DNA of 58,778 nucleotides, the filler included. It is 3 parts of 3 records of this genome, joined end to end, with 100 filler letters (N's around TTAATTAATTAA, not from the genome) between each part and the next. Parts side by side here need not be neighbours in the genome. Positions count along the whole stretch, not along the records: positions 40,421 to 58,778 come from SRR2962707_5480; 2 more parts are not named here. One strand, 5' to 3'. Position 1 is the first letter of the stretch. Every line of letters begins with the position of its first letter. Made by a program: the position numbers and the translations under genes. This document shows positions 41,559 to 50,346 of this stretch, piece by piece. The notes under the pieces were generated by a model, which searched no databases, was not told the origin of the DNA, and worked only from the letters and a program-made list of their open reading frames with translations.

Positions 41559-42029
41559 ATGGCCGATTCGAATACCGCCGCCGCGGCGCTGGACAGTGTT
41601 GCTTTGGCCCGCCGTTGTGCCGAGTCCATGTACCAGCGGGACACCGCTACCCGCGAACTGGGCATGACGCTGAAAACGGTTTCTCCGGGATGCGCCGTAC
41701 TGTGCATGCCGGTGCGTGATGACATGATCCAGGGGCACGGCTCCTGTCATGGCGGTTTTATTTTCGCCCTGGCGGATTCCGCCTTCGCCTTTGCCTGTAA
41801 CACCTATAACGAAACCACCGTGGCATCCGGTTGCTCCATTGAGTACGTGTCGCCGGGATTGCCGGGTGATGTGCTCACCGCGGAGGCGCGGGAGCTGACC
41901 CGTAAAGGGCGAACCGGTGTTTACGACGTGCGTGTCACCGGCGGTGACGGCCAGTTGGTGGCCTTGTTTCGCGGCAAATCCTACCGCGTTCGCGGGCAGG
42001 TGATTCACGATGAGGAGAGCCAGGCATGA
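41559..42029 (+). CDS. paaI: Hydroxyphenylacetyl-CoA thioesterase
   Basis: HGSCHGGFIFALADSAFAFACN and GRTGVYDV motifs. Confidence 0.93.
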   Translation: MADSNTAAAALDSVALARRCAESMYQRDTATRELGMTLKTVSPGCAVLCMPVRDDMIQGHGSCHGGFIFALADSAFAFACNTYNETTVASGCSIEYVSPGLPGDVLTAEARELTRKGRTGVYDVRVTGGDGQLVALFRGKSYRVRGQVIHDEESQA

Positions 42030-43234
42030 ATGAAGCGCTGATTTTTGATGCCGTGCGCACCCCGGTGGGGCGCTTCGGCGGCGCTTTGGCGACGGTGCGC
42101 GCCGACGATCTCGGGGCGGTGCCCATGAAGGCGTTGATGGCGCGCCATCCGCATCTGGATTGGTCGCAGCTGGACGATGTGTTTTATGGCTGCGCCAATC
42201 AGGCCGGCGAGGACAATCGCAATGTGGCGCGAATGAGCGCGTTGCTGGCCGGTCTGCCGGTAAGTGTGCCGGGCGTGACGCTGAACCGTCTTTGCGGTTC
42301 CGGGATGGACGCGGTGGGTACCGCCGCCCGCGCTCTGCGATGTGGTGAAGGGAGTCTGATGCTGGCCGGCGGGGTGGAGTCCATGTCCCGGGCGCCGTTC
42401 GTGATGGGCAAGGCGGAGCAGCCGTTCTCCCGCAGGGCGGAAATATTCGACACCACCATCGGCTGGCGTTTCGTCAACACGCTGATGAAAGAACAGTACG
42501 GCGTCGATTCGATGCCGGAAACCGCCGAGAACGTGGCGGAGCAATTCAAAATTGGCCGTGAGGATCAGGACGCTTTTGCCCTGCGCAGCCAGCAGAGAAC
42601 TGGCCGTGCCATGACCGCCGGCGTGTTCGACGCCGAGATCGTGCCGGTGAGCGTGCCGCGCCGCAAAGCCGATCCACTGATCGTCAGCGAAGATGAGCAT
42701 CCGCGTCCGGATACCACGGCGGAAGCACTGGCCAAGCTGGGAACACCGTTCCGCAAGGAAGGCGGTACGGTCACCGCCGGCAATGCCTCTGGTGTCAACG
42801 ACGGCGCCTGTGCTCTGTTGCTGGGCAATGAAGTGGCGGCGTGCCGTTGGAACCTGAAACCCCGTGCCCGGGTGGTGGGTATGGCCACCGCCGGTGTGGA
42901 GCCGCGCATCATGGGTATCGGTCCGGCGCCGGCGACGCGGAAAGTGCTGGCGCAGACCGGCCTGAATCTGGTCGATATGGATGTCATCGAATTGAACGAG
43001 GCGTTCGCGTCACAGTCCCTGGCGGTGCTGCGGGAACTGGGGCTGCCGGATGACGCCGAACACGTGAATCCCAACGGCGGCGCCATCGCGCTGGGGCATC
43101 CGCTGGGCATGAGCGGCGCCCGTCTCATCACCACCGCCTTGTGCGAGCTGGAGCGGCGTCAGGGGCGTTATGCGCTGTGCACCATGTGTATCGGCGTGGG
43201 GCAGGGCATTGCCGTGGTGATCGAGCGGCTTTAA
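42026..43234 (+). CDS. paaJ: 3-oxoadipyl-CoA thiolase (PaaJ/PcaF)
   Basis: GCANQAGEDNRNVAR, NRLCGSG, NEAFA, GHPLG and CIGVGQG motifs. Confidence 0.92.
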   Translation: MNEALIFDAVRTPVGRFGGALATVRADDLGAVPMKALMARHPHLDWSQLDDVFYGCANQAGEDNRNVARMSALLAGLPVSVPGVTLNRLCGSGMDAVGTAARALRCGEGSLMLAGGVESMSRAPFVMGKAEQPFSRRAEIFDTTIGWRFVNTLMKEQYGVDSMPETAENVAEQFKIGREDQDAFALRSQQRTGRAMTAGVFDAEIVPVSVPRRKADPLIVSEDEHPRPDTTAEALAKLGTPFRKEGGTVTAGNASGVNDGACALLLGNEVAACRWNLKPRARVVGMATAGVEPRIMGIGPAPATRKVLAQTGLNLVDMDVIELNEAFASQSLAVLRELGLPDDAEHVNPNGGAIALGHPLGMSGARLITTALCELERRQGRYALCTMCIGVGQGIAVVIERL

Positions 43235-43288
43235 ACGAACAGAAAGCAACGCGGACAGACTCAACGACAGAATAACGAGAGGCGGAGC

Positions 43289-44590
43289 ATGAACATGCCA
43301 TTCAACCTGGAGAATCGTTTCGATCCGGTGGAGCGGGTCAGCGTGGATGAGCTCAAGCAACTGCAAGTGGAGCGTCTTCGTTGGAGCCTCACGCATGCCT
43401 ATAACAATGTGCCGTTCTATCGAAAGGCGTTCGATGACGCCGGTGTTCATCCTTACGATCTGAAATCGTTGGACGACCTGCGTCATTTCCCGTTCACCAC
43501 CAAATCGGATCTGCGCGACAATTATCCGTTCGGCATGCTCGCCACGCCCATGCGGGAAGTGGTGCGGGTGCACGCCTCCAGCGGTACCACCGGAAAGCCC
43601 ACGGTGGTGGCCTATACTCAGAACGACATCAATAACTGGGCGGATGTGATGGCACGTTCCATCCGTGCCGCCGGAGGTCATGCCGGCGACAAGGTGCACG
43701 TGGCCTACGGCTATGGCCTTTTCACCGGTGGTCTGGGCGCCCATTACGGTGCCGAGCGCCTTGGCTGCACAGTGATTCCCATGTCCGGCGGCCAGACCGA
43801 GAAGCAAGTGCAACTGATCCGCGATTTCGAGCCGGACATCATCATGGTGACACCGTCCTACATGCTCAACATCGCCGACGAAATGGAACGGCAAGGCATG
43901 AACCCGCGCGAGTCCAGTTTGCGGCTGGGTATCTTCGGCGCCGAGCCGTGGACCCAGACCATGCGCGAGGAGTTGGAAAGCCGTCTCGGTATCAGTGCGT
44001 TGGACATCTACGGTTTGTCCGAAGTAATGGGGCCGGGCGTTGGCATGGAATGCATCGAAACCAAGGACGGCCCGACCATCTGGGAAGACCACTTCTATCC
44101 GGAAATCATCAATCCGGAAACCGGAGAAGTGGTGCCGGACGGCGAATACGGTGAGCTGGTTTTCACCTCCCTGACCAAGGAAGCACTGCCTATCGTGCGT
44201 TACCGGACCCGCGATCTGACCCGGCTGCTGCCCGGCCAGGCCCGCCCCATGCGACGCATCGATAAAATCACCGGCCGCAGCGACGACATGCTGATTATCC
44301 GTGGCGTGAATGTTTTCCCCACCCAGGTGGAGGAGCAGATCCTCAAGATCGAGGATTTGGCTCCGCACTATGAAATTCATGTGGAGAAGGACGGTAATCT
44401 GGACTGTGTGACGGTGCGGGTCGAGCGCAAACCGGAGTCCTCCGCCGAAGCGGCGGATGTGGCCAGGGCGCTGCAGCAGCGGGTGAAAACCCACATCGGT
44501 ATCAGCACCAAGGTGGAGGTGGCCGATACCGGCTCGCTGGCGCGTTCCGAAGGCAAGGCCAAGCATGTGTTTGATCGGCGTCTGAAATAG
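43289..44590 (+). CDS. paaK: Phenylacetate-CoA ligase
   Basis: HASSGTTGKPT, YGYGLFTGGLG, DIYGLSEVMGPG and GRSDDMLIIRGVNVFP motifs. Confidence 0.96.
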   Translation: MNMPFNLENRFDPVERVSVDELKQLQVERLRWSLTHAYNNVPFYRKAFDDAGVHPYDLKSLDDLRHFPFTTKSDLRDNYPFGMLATPMREVVRVHASSGTTGKPTVVAYTQNDINNWADVMARSIRAAGGHAGDKVHVAYGYGLFTGGLGAHYGAERLGCTVIPMSGGQTEKQVQLIRDFEPDIIMVTPSYMLNIADEMERQGMNPRESSLRLGIFGAEPWTQTMREELESRLGISALDIYGLSEVMGPGVGMECIETKDGPTIWEDHFYPEIINPETGEVVPDGEYGELVFTSLTKEALPIVRYRTRDLTRLLPGQARPMRRIDKITGRSDDMLIIRGVNVFPTQVEEQILKIEDLAPHYEIHVEKDGNLDCVTVRVERKPESSAEAADVARALQQRVKTHIGISTKVEVADTGSLARSEGKAKHVFDRRLK

Positions 44591-44658
44591 AGGGGACCTG
44601 AGGGGGGCGCTGGGGATTCAGGCGCCTCGAAAAGCCGGCAAGGGATAGAAAGGCTGGT

Positions 44659-46869
44659 TCACTTGGCGGTAATGAAGTACCCCGCGTCGGCCTTTGGTAG
44701 GGGAATGCGTGCTTCCATGCAAAACTGCCGTGGACTCCCAGGTACGCAATAAAGTGACAGTTCTCCACTGATCTCTTCAATACGTGTGCGCATGTTGCTG
44801 AGTCCACGGCCGGGTAGGCCGTCGCTCCATTCAGAGCAAGGAAAGCGGTTCACTTCATTGCGCAGCAGTAAACAGAGCTCTCCCTGCTGGTCCAACTGAG
44901 CATTAAAGGTCAGCGTGTTTGGCACGCCATGTTTGAGCGCGTTGGTGACCGATTCGTCCAGGATACGCCGCAGGTTTATGTAGTGACGCGGGGGCAGGGA
45001 GGTTTTATCCATATCGCCTGATATTGACCAGTTGAGGTCGAAGCGCGGCCCCAGTCGCTCCCGAAGGTCTCCGTACCAGTCCTCGAGTAGCGCCTGAAGA
45101 TCATAGCAGTGCCTGTGATCCAGAGCGTGAATCGCCTCTCTCAAGGCGGTTAGGGCGTTGCGCGCCAACTCTTCGTTATGTTCGTTGGGGGCGGTGTGTA
45201 TCAGGGTAAGAAGACGGCCACCAACATCATCATGTAAATCCCTCATGATCCTTTGGCGCTCCTGGATGGCGCCGGCTTCGCGTGCTTGCCTTACATTGTT
45301 GATCCGCTTCGCGGTTGAAACCAGCGCTTGAGCGATCTCGGTATCCCGCTTGCCGAAGAGCCGGCGGCCTCCTTGCCCATAGAGCAGACAGAGCCCACCT
45401 GAAGGCGTGCCTGGCGAGGGAAGGAGAAGCCGGGAACCATTTCCGGCAAGGCGTGCCTTTTCAATGGTTTCGTCGATCCGGTCGAGAGAAAGGGGCTGGA
45501 ATACTTTCCGGAGTAGCTCCTGCCAAAGCGGGAAGGCGCGATCATCGGGATTGCTGTATAGCGCTTCGACGAAGTCCGGAAGATGACGCTCCATGTTTAC
45601 TTCCGAGGAAGCGGCCAGCCGCCGCCACAGCCACTGCCGAACGGGGAAATAAACCCAACCCACCGCGATGACGGAGAAGGCAAGTGCATGGGCATGATTC
45701 AGGCCGAAGGCGGAAATCACCAGGACATCCACCAGAACCACGGTGAGACCACCGAGAAACCAGGCCCAGGCGGTAAACCACCATCGCTCCAACTGGAATA
45801 ACCGGTAACGGAGAATGCCCAGTGCGAAACCCAGGTATAAGGTGACCACCAGTCCTACCATAGTGGCGGGGTTGGCGATGGGGCTTACCTTGAAGGCCAC
45901 GGGCAGGAAATACACCACCAACCCTGCCCCCATGGCGATAAGGATTGAAAGGAAAACCCAGCGCAGCGCGGCACGGTCCAGCGGATTGTTCCTGGCGCGT
46001 CGCCACTGGGATACAACGAGAGTTATGCCAAGGGGATAGTAGAGCACCAGAGGCAAATAGAAGCTGTGTAGAGGAAGATCCAGCATCTGGGTATTTTCGT
46101 TGATTTGCTGGAGCACGACCGCGGTGGTGATAAGGAAAATGAGCTTCGAAGCATGTTTCAAGGGCTTCGGGTAGATGATCAACAGCACAAGAAAGGCAAC
46201 AAGAAGAAGGTGAACGCCAATATGGTTCAGTCTCATCAAGGCATCGAATTGCCATGCGGGCAAGGCGAGTTCGCGGACTTCCCACAAGCTATGTTGCCAA
46301 GTGGCCAGGAACATGCCTGAGCCGGAAATGGCGAGCAGGCGAGGGGGCCAGTTGGCGGGTAAAAAAACCCATACTGAAAGGCCGATCAAAAAAGCAATCA
46401 GGCCATAGGTATGTAGCAACCAGAACGTCCACGGAAGGGACGACAGTGGGCGATGAAGCGCGGGCTCGAACGTCAGAGGCTGGTCGTTGTTGACTATCAA
46501 TGTCACGGTGGGTGCGCGGAGGGCTTGTGCTATCTGGTTTTCCACGTCGAGATAGGTGTTGTAGTGCTGGAAGGTGGGCTCGGCGTGGGGTTGGAGATGG
46601 TGATCATAACCTTTTAGCGAAAACGGGCGGCCGTGAATGATCAGAGCGCGTATGTGGTCGCCGGGATGCAGTCGTCCAGCCAAGGGGCCCCGTTGATCGA
46701 CCTTCGTTACCTGTAGTCCTTCGGTGTCAGCGGGTATCAGCTTCACGCCAAGCCAAGGCCCGCGTGTGGCCAGCCAGGCGGCAAGTGCTATGGTTGCGAG
46801 GAGAAGGAAACTGGCTATTAAAAGCGTCTGAAGGGGGGCAAGCCTCCATCGTGACGTGTCAGAGATCAT
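44659..46869 (-). CDS. Membrane sensor histidine kinase (periplasmic PDZ-like domain, multi-TM region, HisKA_3/HATPase)
   Basis: TM, then PWLGVKL...GLQVTKVDQRGPLAGRLHPGDHI (PDZ-like), many TM helices, H-box ERQRIMRDLHDDVG, N-box ESVTNALKH and G2 box GRGLSNMRTR. Confidence 0.88.
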   Translation of the reverse strand: MISDTSRWRLAPLQTLLIASFLLLATIALAAWLATRGPWLGVKLIPADTEGLQVTKVDQRGPLAGRLHPGDHIRALIIHGRPFSLKGYDHHLQPHAEPTFQHYNTYLDVENQIAQALRAPTVTLIVNNDQPLTFEPALHRPLSSLPWTFWLLHTYGLIAFLIGLSVWVFLPANWPPRLLAISGSGMFLATWQHSLWEVRELALPAWQFDALMRLNHIGVHLLLVAFLVLLIIYPKPLKHASKLIFLITTAVVLQQINENTQMLDLPLHSFYLPLVLYYPLGITLVVSQWRRARNNPLDRAALRWVFLSILIAMGAGLVVYFLPVAFKVSPIANPATMVGLVVTLYLGFALGILRYRLFQLERWWFTAWAWFLGGLTVVLVDVLVISAFGLNHAHALAFSVIAVGWVYFPVRQWLWRRLAASSEVNMERHLPDFVEALYSNPDDRAFPLWQELLRKVFQPLSLDRIDETIEKARLAGNGSRLLLPSPGTPSGGLCLLYGQGGRRLFGKRDTEIAQALVSTAKRINNVRQAREAGAIQERQRIMRDLHDDVGGRLLTLIHTAPNEHNEELARNALTALREAIHALDHRHCYDLQALLEDWYGDLRERLGPRFDLNWSISGDMDKTSLPPRHYINLRRILDESVTNALKHGVPNTLTFNAQLDQQGELCLLLRNEVNRFPCSEWSDGLPGRGLSNMRTRIEEISGELSLYCVPGSPRQFCMEARIPLPKADAGYFITAK

Positions 46870-47500
46870 TGTTTATGACCCCCAGTCGTGCCGCTTGCAG
46901 CGCGGCTTCGGCACGGCCGGAAACGCCCAGCTTCCGATAAATAGTCTTGGTATAGCTGGCCACGGTGTTGGCGGTGATATCCAACGCTTCTGAGATTTCT
47001 CCGCGGGTAAAGCCTCTGGCGAGTAAACGCAGTACATCCGTTTCTCTCTGGGTCAGATCGGGGACCTCCTCGGGCAGGGAGGTGCGCCGGAAGTGGCGGA
47101 GAATTCGGCGGGCCACGCTGGGAGAAAGGGGCGGTTCCCCACGGGCGATACCTTGCAGTTGAGCCAGTAAGCGGGTTCGAGGCTGGTCTTTCAGGATATA
47201 GCCGAGGGCTCCGGCTTGCAGAGCGGAGAAAAGATGATTGTCGTCATCATAGATCGTTGCCATGACGATATAGGTGTCCGGTGCCGTGGCCTGCAACTCG
47301 GTTACCAGATCCACGCCGCTACCGTCGGGCAGGCTGATATCAACCACGGCCAGGTTGAAATTCTCCTTGCTGGCCTTCGCGCTGGCATTGGATAGCGTAT
47401 CCGCCGTTACCACGGATATACCGGGGAATGCCTGCCGAAGCAGCTCCGTGAGCCATTCCCTGCTTTCCCGGTGATCTTCAACAATGAGCGCCGTTTTCAT
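46859..47500 (-). CDS. NarL/LuxR-family response regulator
   Basis: IVEDH, VVDISLPDGSG, GALGYILK and HTH LTQRETDVLRLLARG...IYRKLGV; start 47500. Confidence 0.93.
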   Translation of the reverse strand: MKTALIVEDHRESREWLTELLRQAFPGISVVTADTLSNASAKASKENFNLAVVDISLPDGSGVDLVTELQATAPDTYIVMATIYDDDNHLFSALQAGALGYILKDQPRTRLLAQLQGIARGEPPLSPSVARRILRHFRRTSLPEEVPDLTQRETDVLRLLARGFTRGEISEALDITANTVASYTKTIYRKLGVSGRAEAALQAARLGVINNDL

Positions 47501-47604
47501 TGGTTTTCCCCTCTCCCCGGTTACCCGAACACATATACCACATCGCACTCCATTCATTCACATCGATCGGGAACCGTATCGGCGGCCCCGTTGCCCGCCC
47601 ATCC

Positions 47605-47630
47605 CCCCTTTGAGGGTACCCGTTTGTGGG
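47605..47630 (+). promoter_or_regulatory. Tandem candidate response-regulator sites CCC[C/G]TTTG[A/T]GGG
   Basis: CCCCTTTGAGGG (47605-47616) and CCCGTTTGTGGG (47619-47630), followed by a -10-like TATGCT at 47655. Confidence 0.5.
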
Positions 47631-47746
47631 ATTGGGCTTGCGGCGGTGTCTCTCTATGCTGCCATGACCGATGACCATGAAGGGCAGGACGTCCTTGGCA
47701 CCGTCCCTTCCTCTTGTGGTGAGAGTGGCATTAAGGGAGAGGTTTG

Positions 47747-48277
47747 ATGGAACAGAAAGGGACTGATCTGTTGATGTGTACGATTCAGGGCGCGGTCTTG
47801 GTCGTATTGCTCACGGCGAAAGCTGAGTCGGCGGGCGCTGATACTCTGGAGGGAGAACTGGGCGGAGAGTCCCGCTCCTGGCATGTGTTGCGTGACGGTC
47901 AAACATCCACTGCCCGCTTTTCAAATGTTGCGCCCGGGGTGGTGGTGTACCAGGTGCAGGGCCATGCGGAGGAAAAGTTCGCGATAGCGGAATCCGTGGC
48001 GCTTTCCTTCACCGCGATGAACGGCCGCCTTATTGGCACTCCGGAAGTGTCCTACTTTCCCGAAAACAGTCTTTTCCCGGTGTATAGCAATCAAGGCGGC
48101 GGAAAGCTCACTCTTGAGCATCTGAAAAGTGGAGAGGACACGGTGGTGCTCAAAGGGCGCTACCAGGGCTCCCTGGAGCGTTTGGAAGGCATCGGCAAAG
48201 ACGCCTCCGGCGGCGATTCGCTGACGCTGGATCTGTTCTTTGATGTGCGTCTACGGCCGGGGGATGAGCAGGAGTGA
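47747..48277 (+). CDS. Hypothetical exported beta-rich protein
   Basis: GGAGAGG RBS and a signal-peptide-like segment ending AGA; no family recognised. Confidence 0.7.
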   Translation: MEQKGTDLLMCTIQGAVLVVLLTAKAESAGADTLEGELGGESRSWHVLRDGQTSTARFSNVAPGVVVYQVQGHAEEKFAIAESVALSFTAMNGRLIGTPEVSYFPENSLFPVYSNQGGGKLTLEHLKSGEDTVVLKGRYQGSLERLEGIGKDASGGDSLTLDLFFDVRLRPGDEQE

Positions 48278-48386
48278 GAGGCGTTTCGTGTAGTCCCGCC
48301 TGGGGCGGTCGCCACGAGAAAACTGGAAATCGTCCGATGGAAAAAGGCCGGGTTCATATCAACAGGGGAGTATAAGGAATAAAGCT

Positions 48387-50237
48387 ATGAATAATGACGG
48401 AAAAGTATGGAAGGGTGCGGCCGTATTGGCGCTGGGTATTGCCATTGCCGCCTGTGGCGGCGGAGGTGGCGATTCGGGTAGTCGCGGGAATGTTTCAGGA
48501 GGTGATGATCCCGGTGATGGCTCTGATGGTGGGGCCGGAACGCTGTCCGGCCTGACCGGTGATGCCGACAATCAGGATCTATTGTACTTCAGCCACTCTT
48601 ACGAGACCGGAGAGAGCCCGGGCACTGGCCAAACCATGTATCGTTCGGTGCTTTACGCCCTGGACCCGGCCAACCCCGAGATGCCGACAGCGCTGCCGCT
48701 GGATACCCGGGATTCCGCGCAGGGTGATGATATGGGGCGAAGCCACTATGTGCCGCTCTATGAAGCGAACATTGATGCGAGCGATGGTAGCGTCAGCGAT
48801 TACCGTGTGGCGGACGTGCTGTTTCTGCATAACCGCATGAACGGCAGCGAAACCTCCGAGGGCTTTGCCCGGGTGGGCACGGAGGTGGGGGCACCCGATC
48901 CGGTTCGGGTGTCGTCGGAAACCTATCTCGGCGCGGCGGTGACCGGCGCCGGCACCCTGGTTCGCCAGAATTACTCGGACTCGGGCGATGCGGCGGTGGT
49001 GTATGGCTTGCCAGGTAATGAAAAGCGCGTGCGGATGACCTTTGGGCCTGGCGATGCGCCAGGGTCAAGTGGCGGAGGAACGGTCCATCATGTTGTTGAT
49101 ATTGATGCCTTTGGTGCAAATGATTCACTGAACAGGCAGACCTATCTTGTTCTCAGTGACTATGGCGGCACTCAATGTGATGAGGGCTATCGGCTGGCCA
49201 TGGATCATATGTACCCCGAAGGCGGTAACAGTATTTCCAATACAAACCTGCTGCCAGGCGGCAGGGAAGCAAAAAGAGCCGTTCCGCTGGGTGGTCCGCT
49301 GAACGATGGCTCCCAATATCTGATCATCGATACGGTTATTGATACGGGTATTGCCGGGCGTCCTTGTCTTTCCGAAGGCGGCACTTTATGGCGTTACGAC
49401 ACCACTCAGCCATTTGAAAAATTGGTTCAGGTTCTGGATGAAAGCAATGAACCTCTGGTTTTCCCCGAGGGCATTGCCGGAGGGGCGGTAGTGCCTCAGG
49501 AACGGCATCTGGCCCGGGAGGGCGGCGTGCTGTATTTCGGTATCGCTGAGCTTTTCGGTATGACCCCACAAGATATCTACCGGGTGGAAGGCGAGAGCTG
49601 GTCTGTGCTGTCCGAACAGGAAGAGCCGCTTGGCTGGGAGCTTGGTTTTATCATTGCTGATGAAGGCCGGGTGGTGGCTTCGGCTGGCAATGGCGTGGTG
49701 AGCTGGAACAGCCAGGGCGGTGATCGAAAAGTGCTGGACACCACCGAGGCCGACTGGAGCGGCAGCATCCAGAGCGAGGTGCTCGGCAGCCGCGACGGTT
49801 GGATCTTCTATACCCGTGCGCACATCACCGGCCGTGATGACGCGGTGGCCAGAAAGATTGACGGCAGTGATGCCGTGGTGATCGAGGACGCCCGCTGGAT
49901 CGGTGCTTCTCTCAGCGGTAACGGCGACGCCATCAGCAATATGACAGAGCTGAGCGAGGTGTTTCTGGAAACCAATGACAGGGAAATCGCCGCCGTCAGC
50001 GCCGCCGATCCCAAGGCGGGATATGTGGTGCTGGGCCAGCATAACGGCCAGTGTGAAGCCGGCGTTTGCTATTCCGCTTCCATGTACGGTCTGGCCCCTG
50101 GCCCGCACCGCCTGATTCAGGTACAGCGGGATGACGACACCACCGAGGTGTATTACGCCAACACCCGTGAGCAGGGTTCCTTGCGCAAAGTCATTGACGA
50201 CCCCACCGGCGAGCAGCGTCCGGTCACGGGCTTCTAA
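48387..50237 (+). CDS. Uncharacterised lipoprotein (616 aa), acidic, possibly beta-propeller
   Basis: Lipobox IAAC followed by a Gly/Ser/Asp linker and repeated short beta-strand patterns; fold is an inference. Confidence 0.8.
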   Translation: MNNDGKVWKGAAVLALGIAIAACGGGGGDSGSRGNVSGGDDPGDGSDGGAGTLSGLTGDADNQDLLYFSHSYETGESPGTGQTMYRSVLYALDPANPEMPTALPLDTRDSAQGDDMGRSHYVPLYEANIDASDGSVSDYRVADVLFLHNRMNGSETSEGFARVGTEVGAPDPVRVSSETYLGAAVTGAGTLVRQNYSDSGDAAVVYGLPGNEKRVRMTFGPGDAPGSSGGGTVHHVVDIDAFGANDSLNRQTYLVLSDYGGTQCDEGYRLAMDHMYPEGGNSISNTNLLPGGREAKRAVPLGGPLNDGSQYLIIDTVIDTGIAGRPCLSEGGTLWRYDTTQPFEKLVQVLDESNEPLVFPEGIAGGAVVPQERHLAREGGVLYFGIAELFGMTPQDIYRVEGESWSVLSEQEEPLGWELGFIIADEGRVVASAGNGVVSWNSQGGDRKVLDTTEADWSGSIQSEVLGSRDGWIFYTRAHITGRDDAVARKIDGSDAVVIEDARWIGASLSGNGDAISNMTELSEVFLETNDREIAAVSAADPKAGYVVLGQHNGQCEAGVCYSASMYGLAPGPHRLIQVQRDDDTTEVYYANTREQGSLRKVIDDPTGEQRPVTGF

Positions 50238-50346
50238 TTCAACCACCTTGGTATAACAAGCCGGATACGCCTGCTGGTTCTTGCTCCATGCTCCCAATAC
50301 CCGGGTGAGTGGGGCAAGCCGCGGGCGGTCCTGGGAGGGGAAAATA

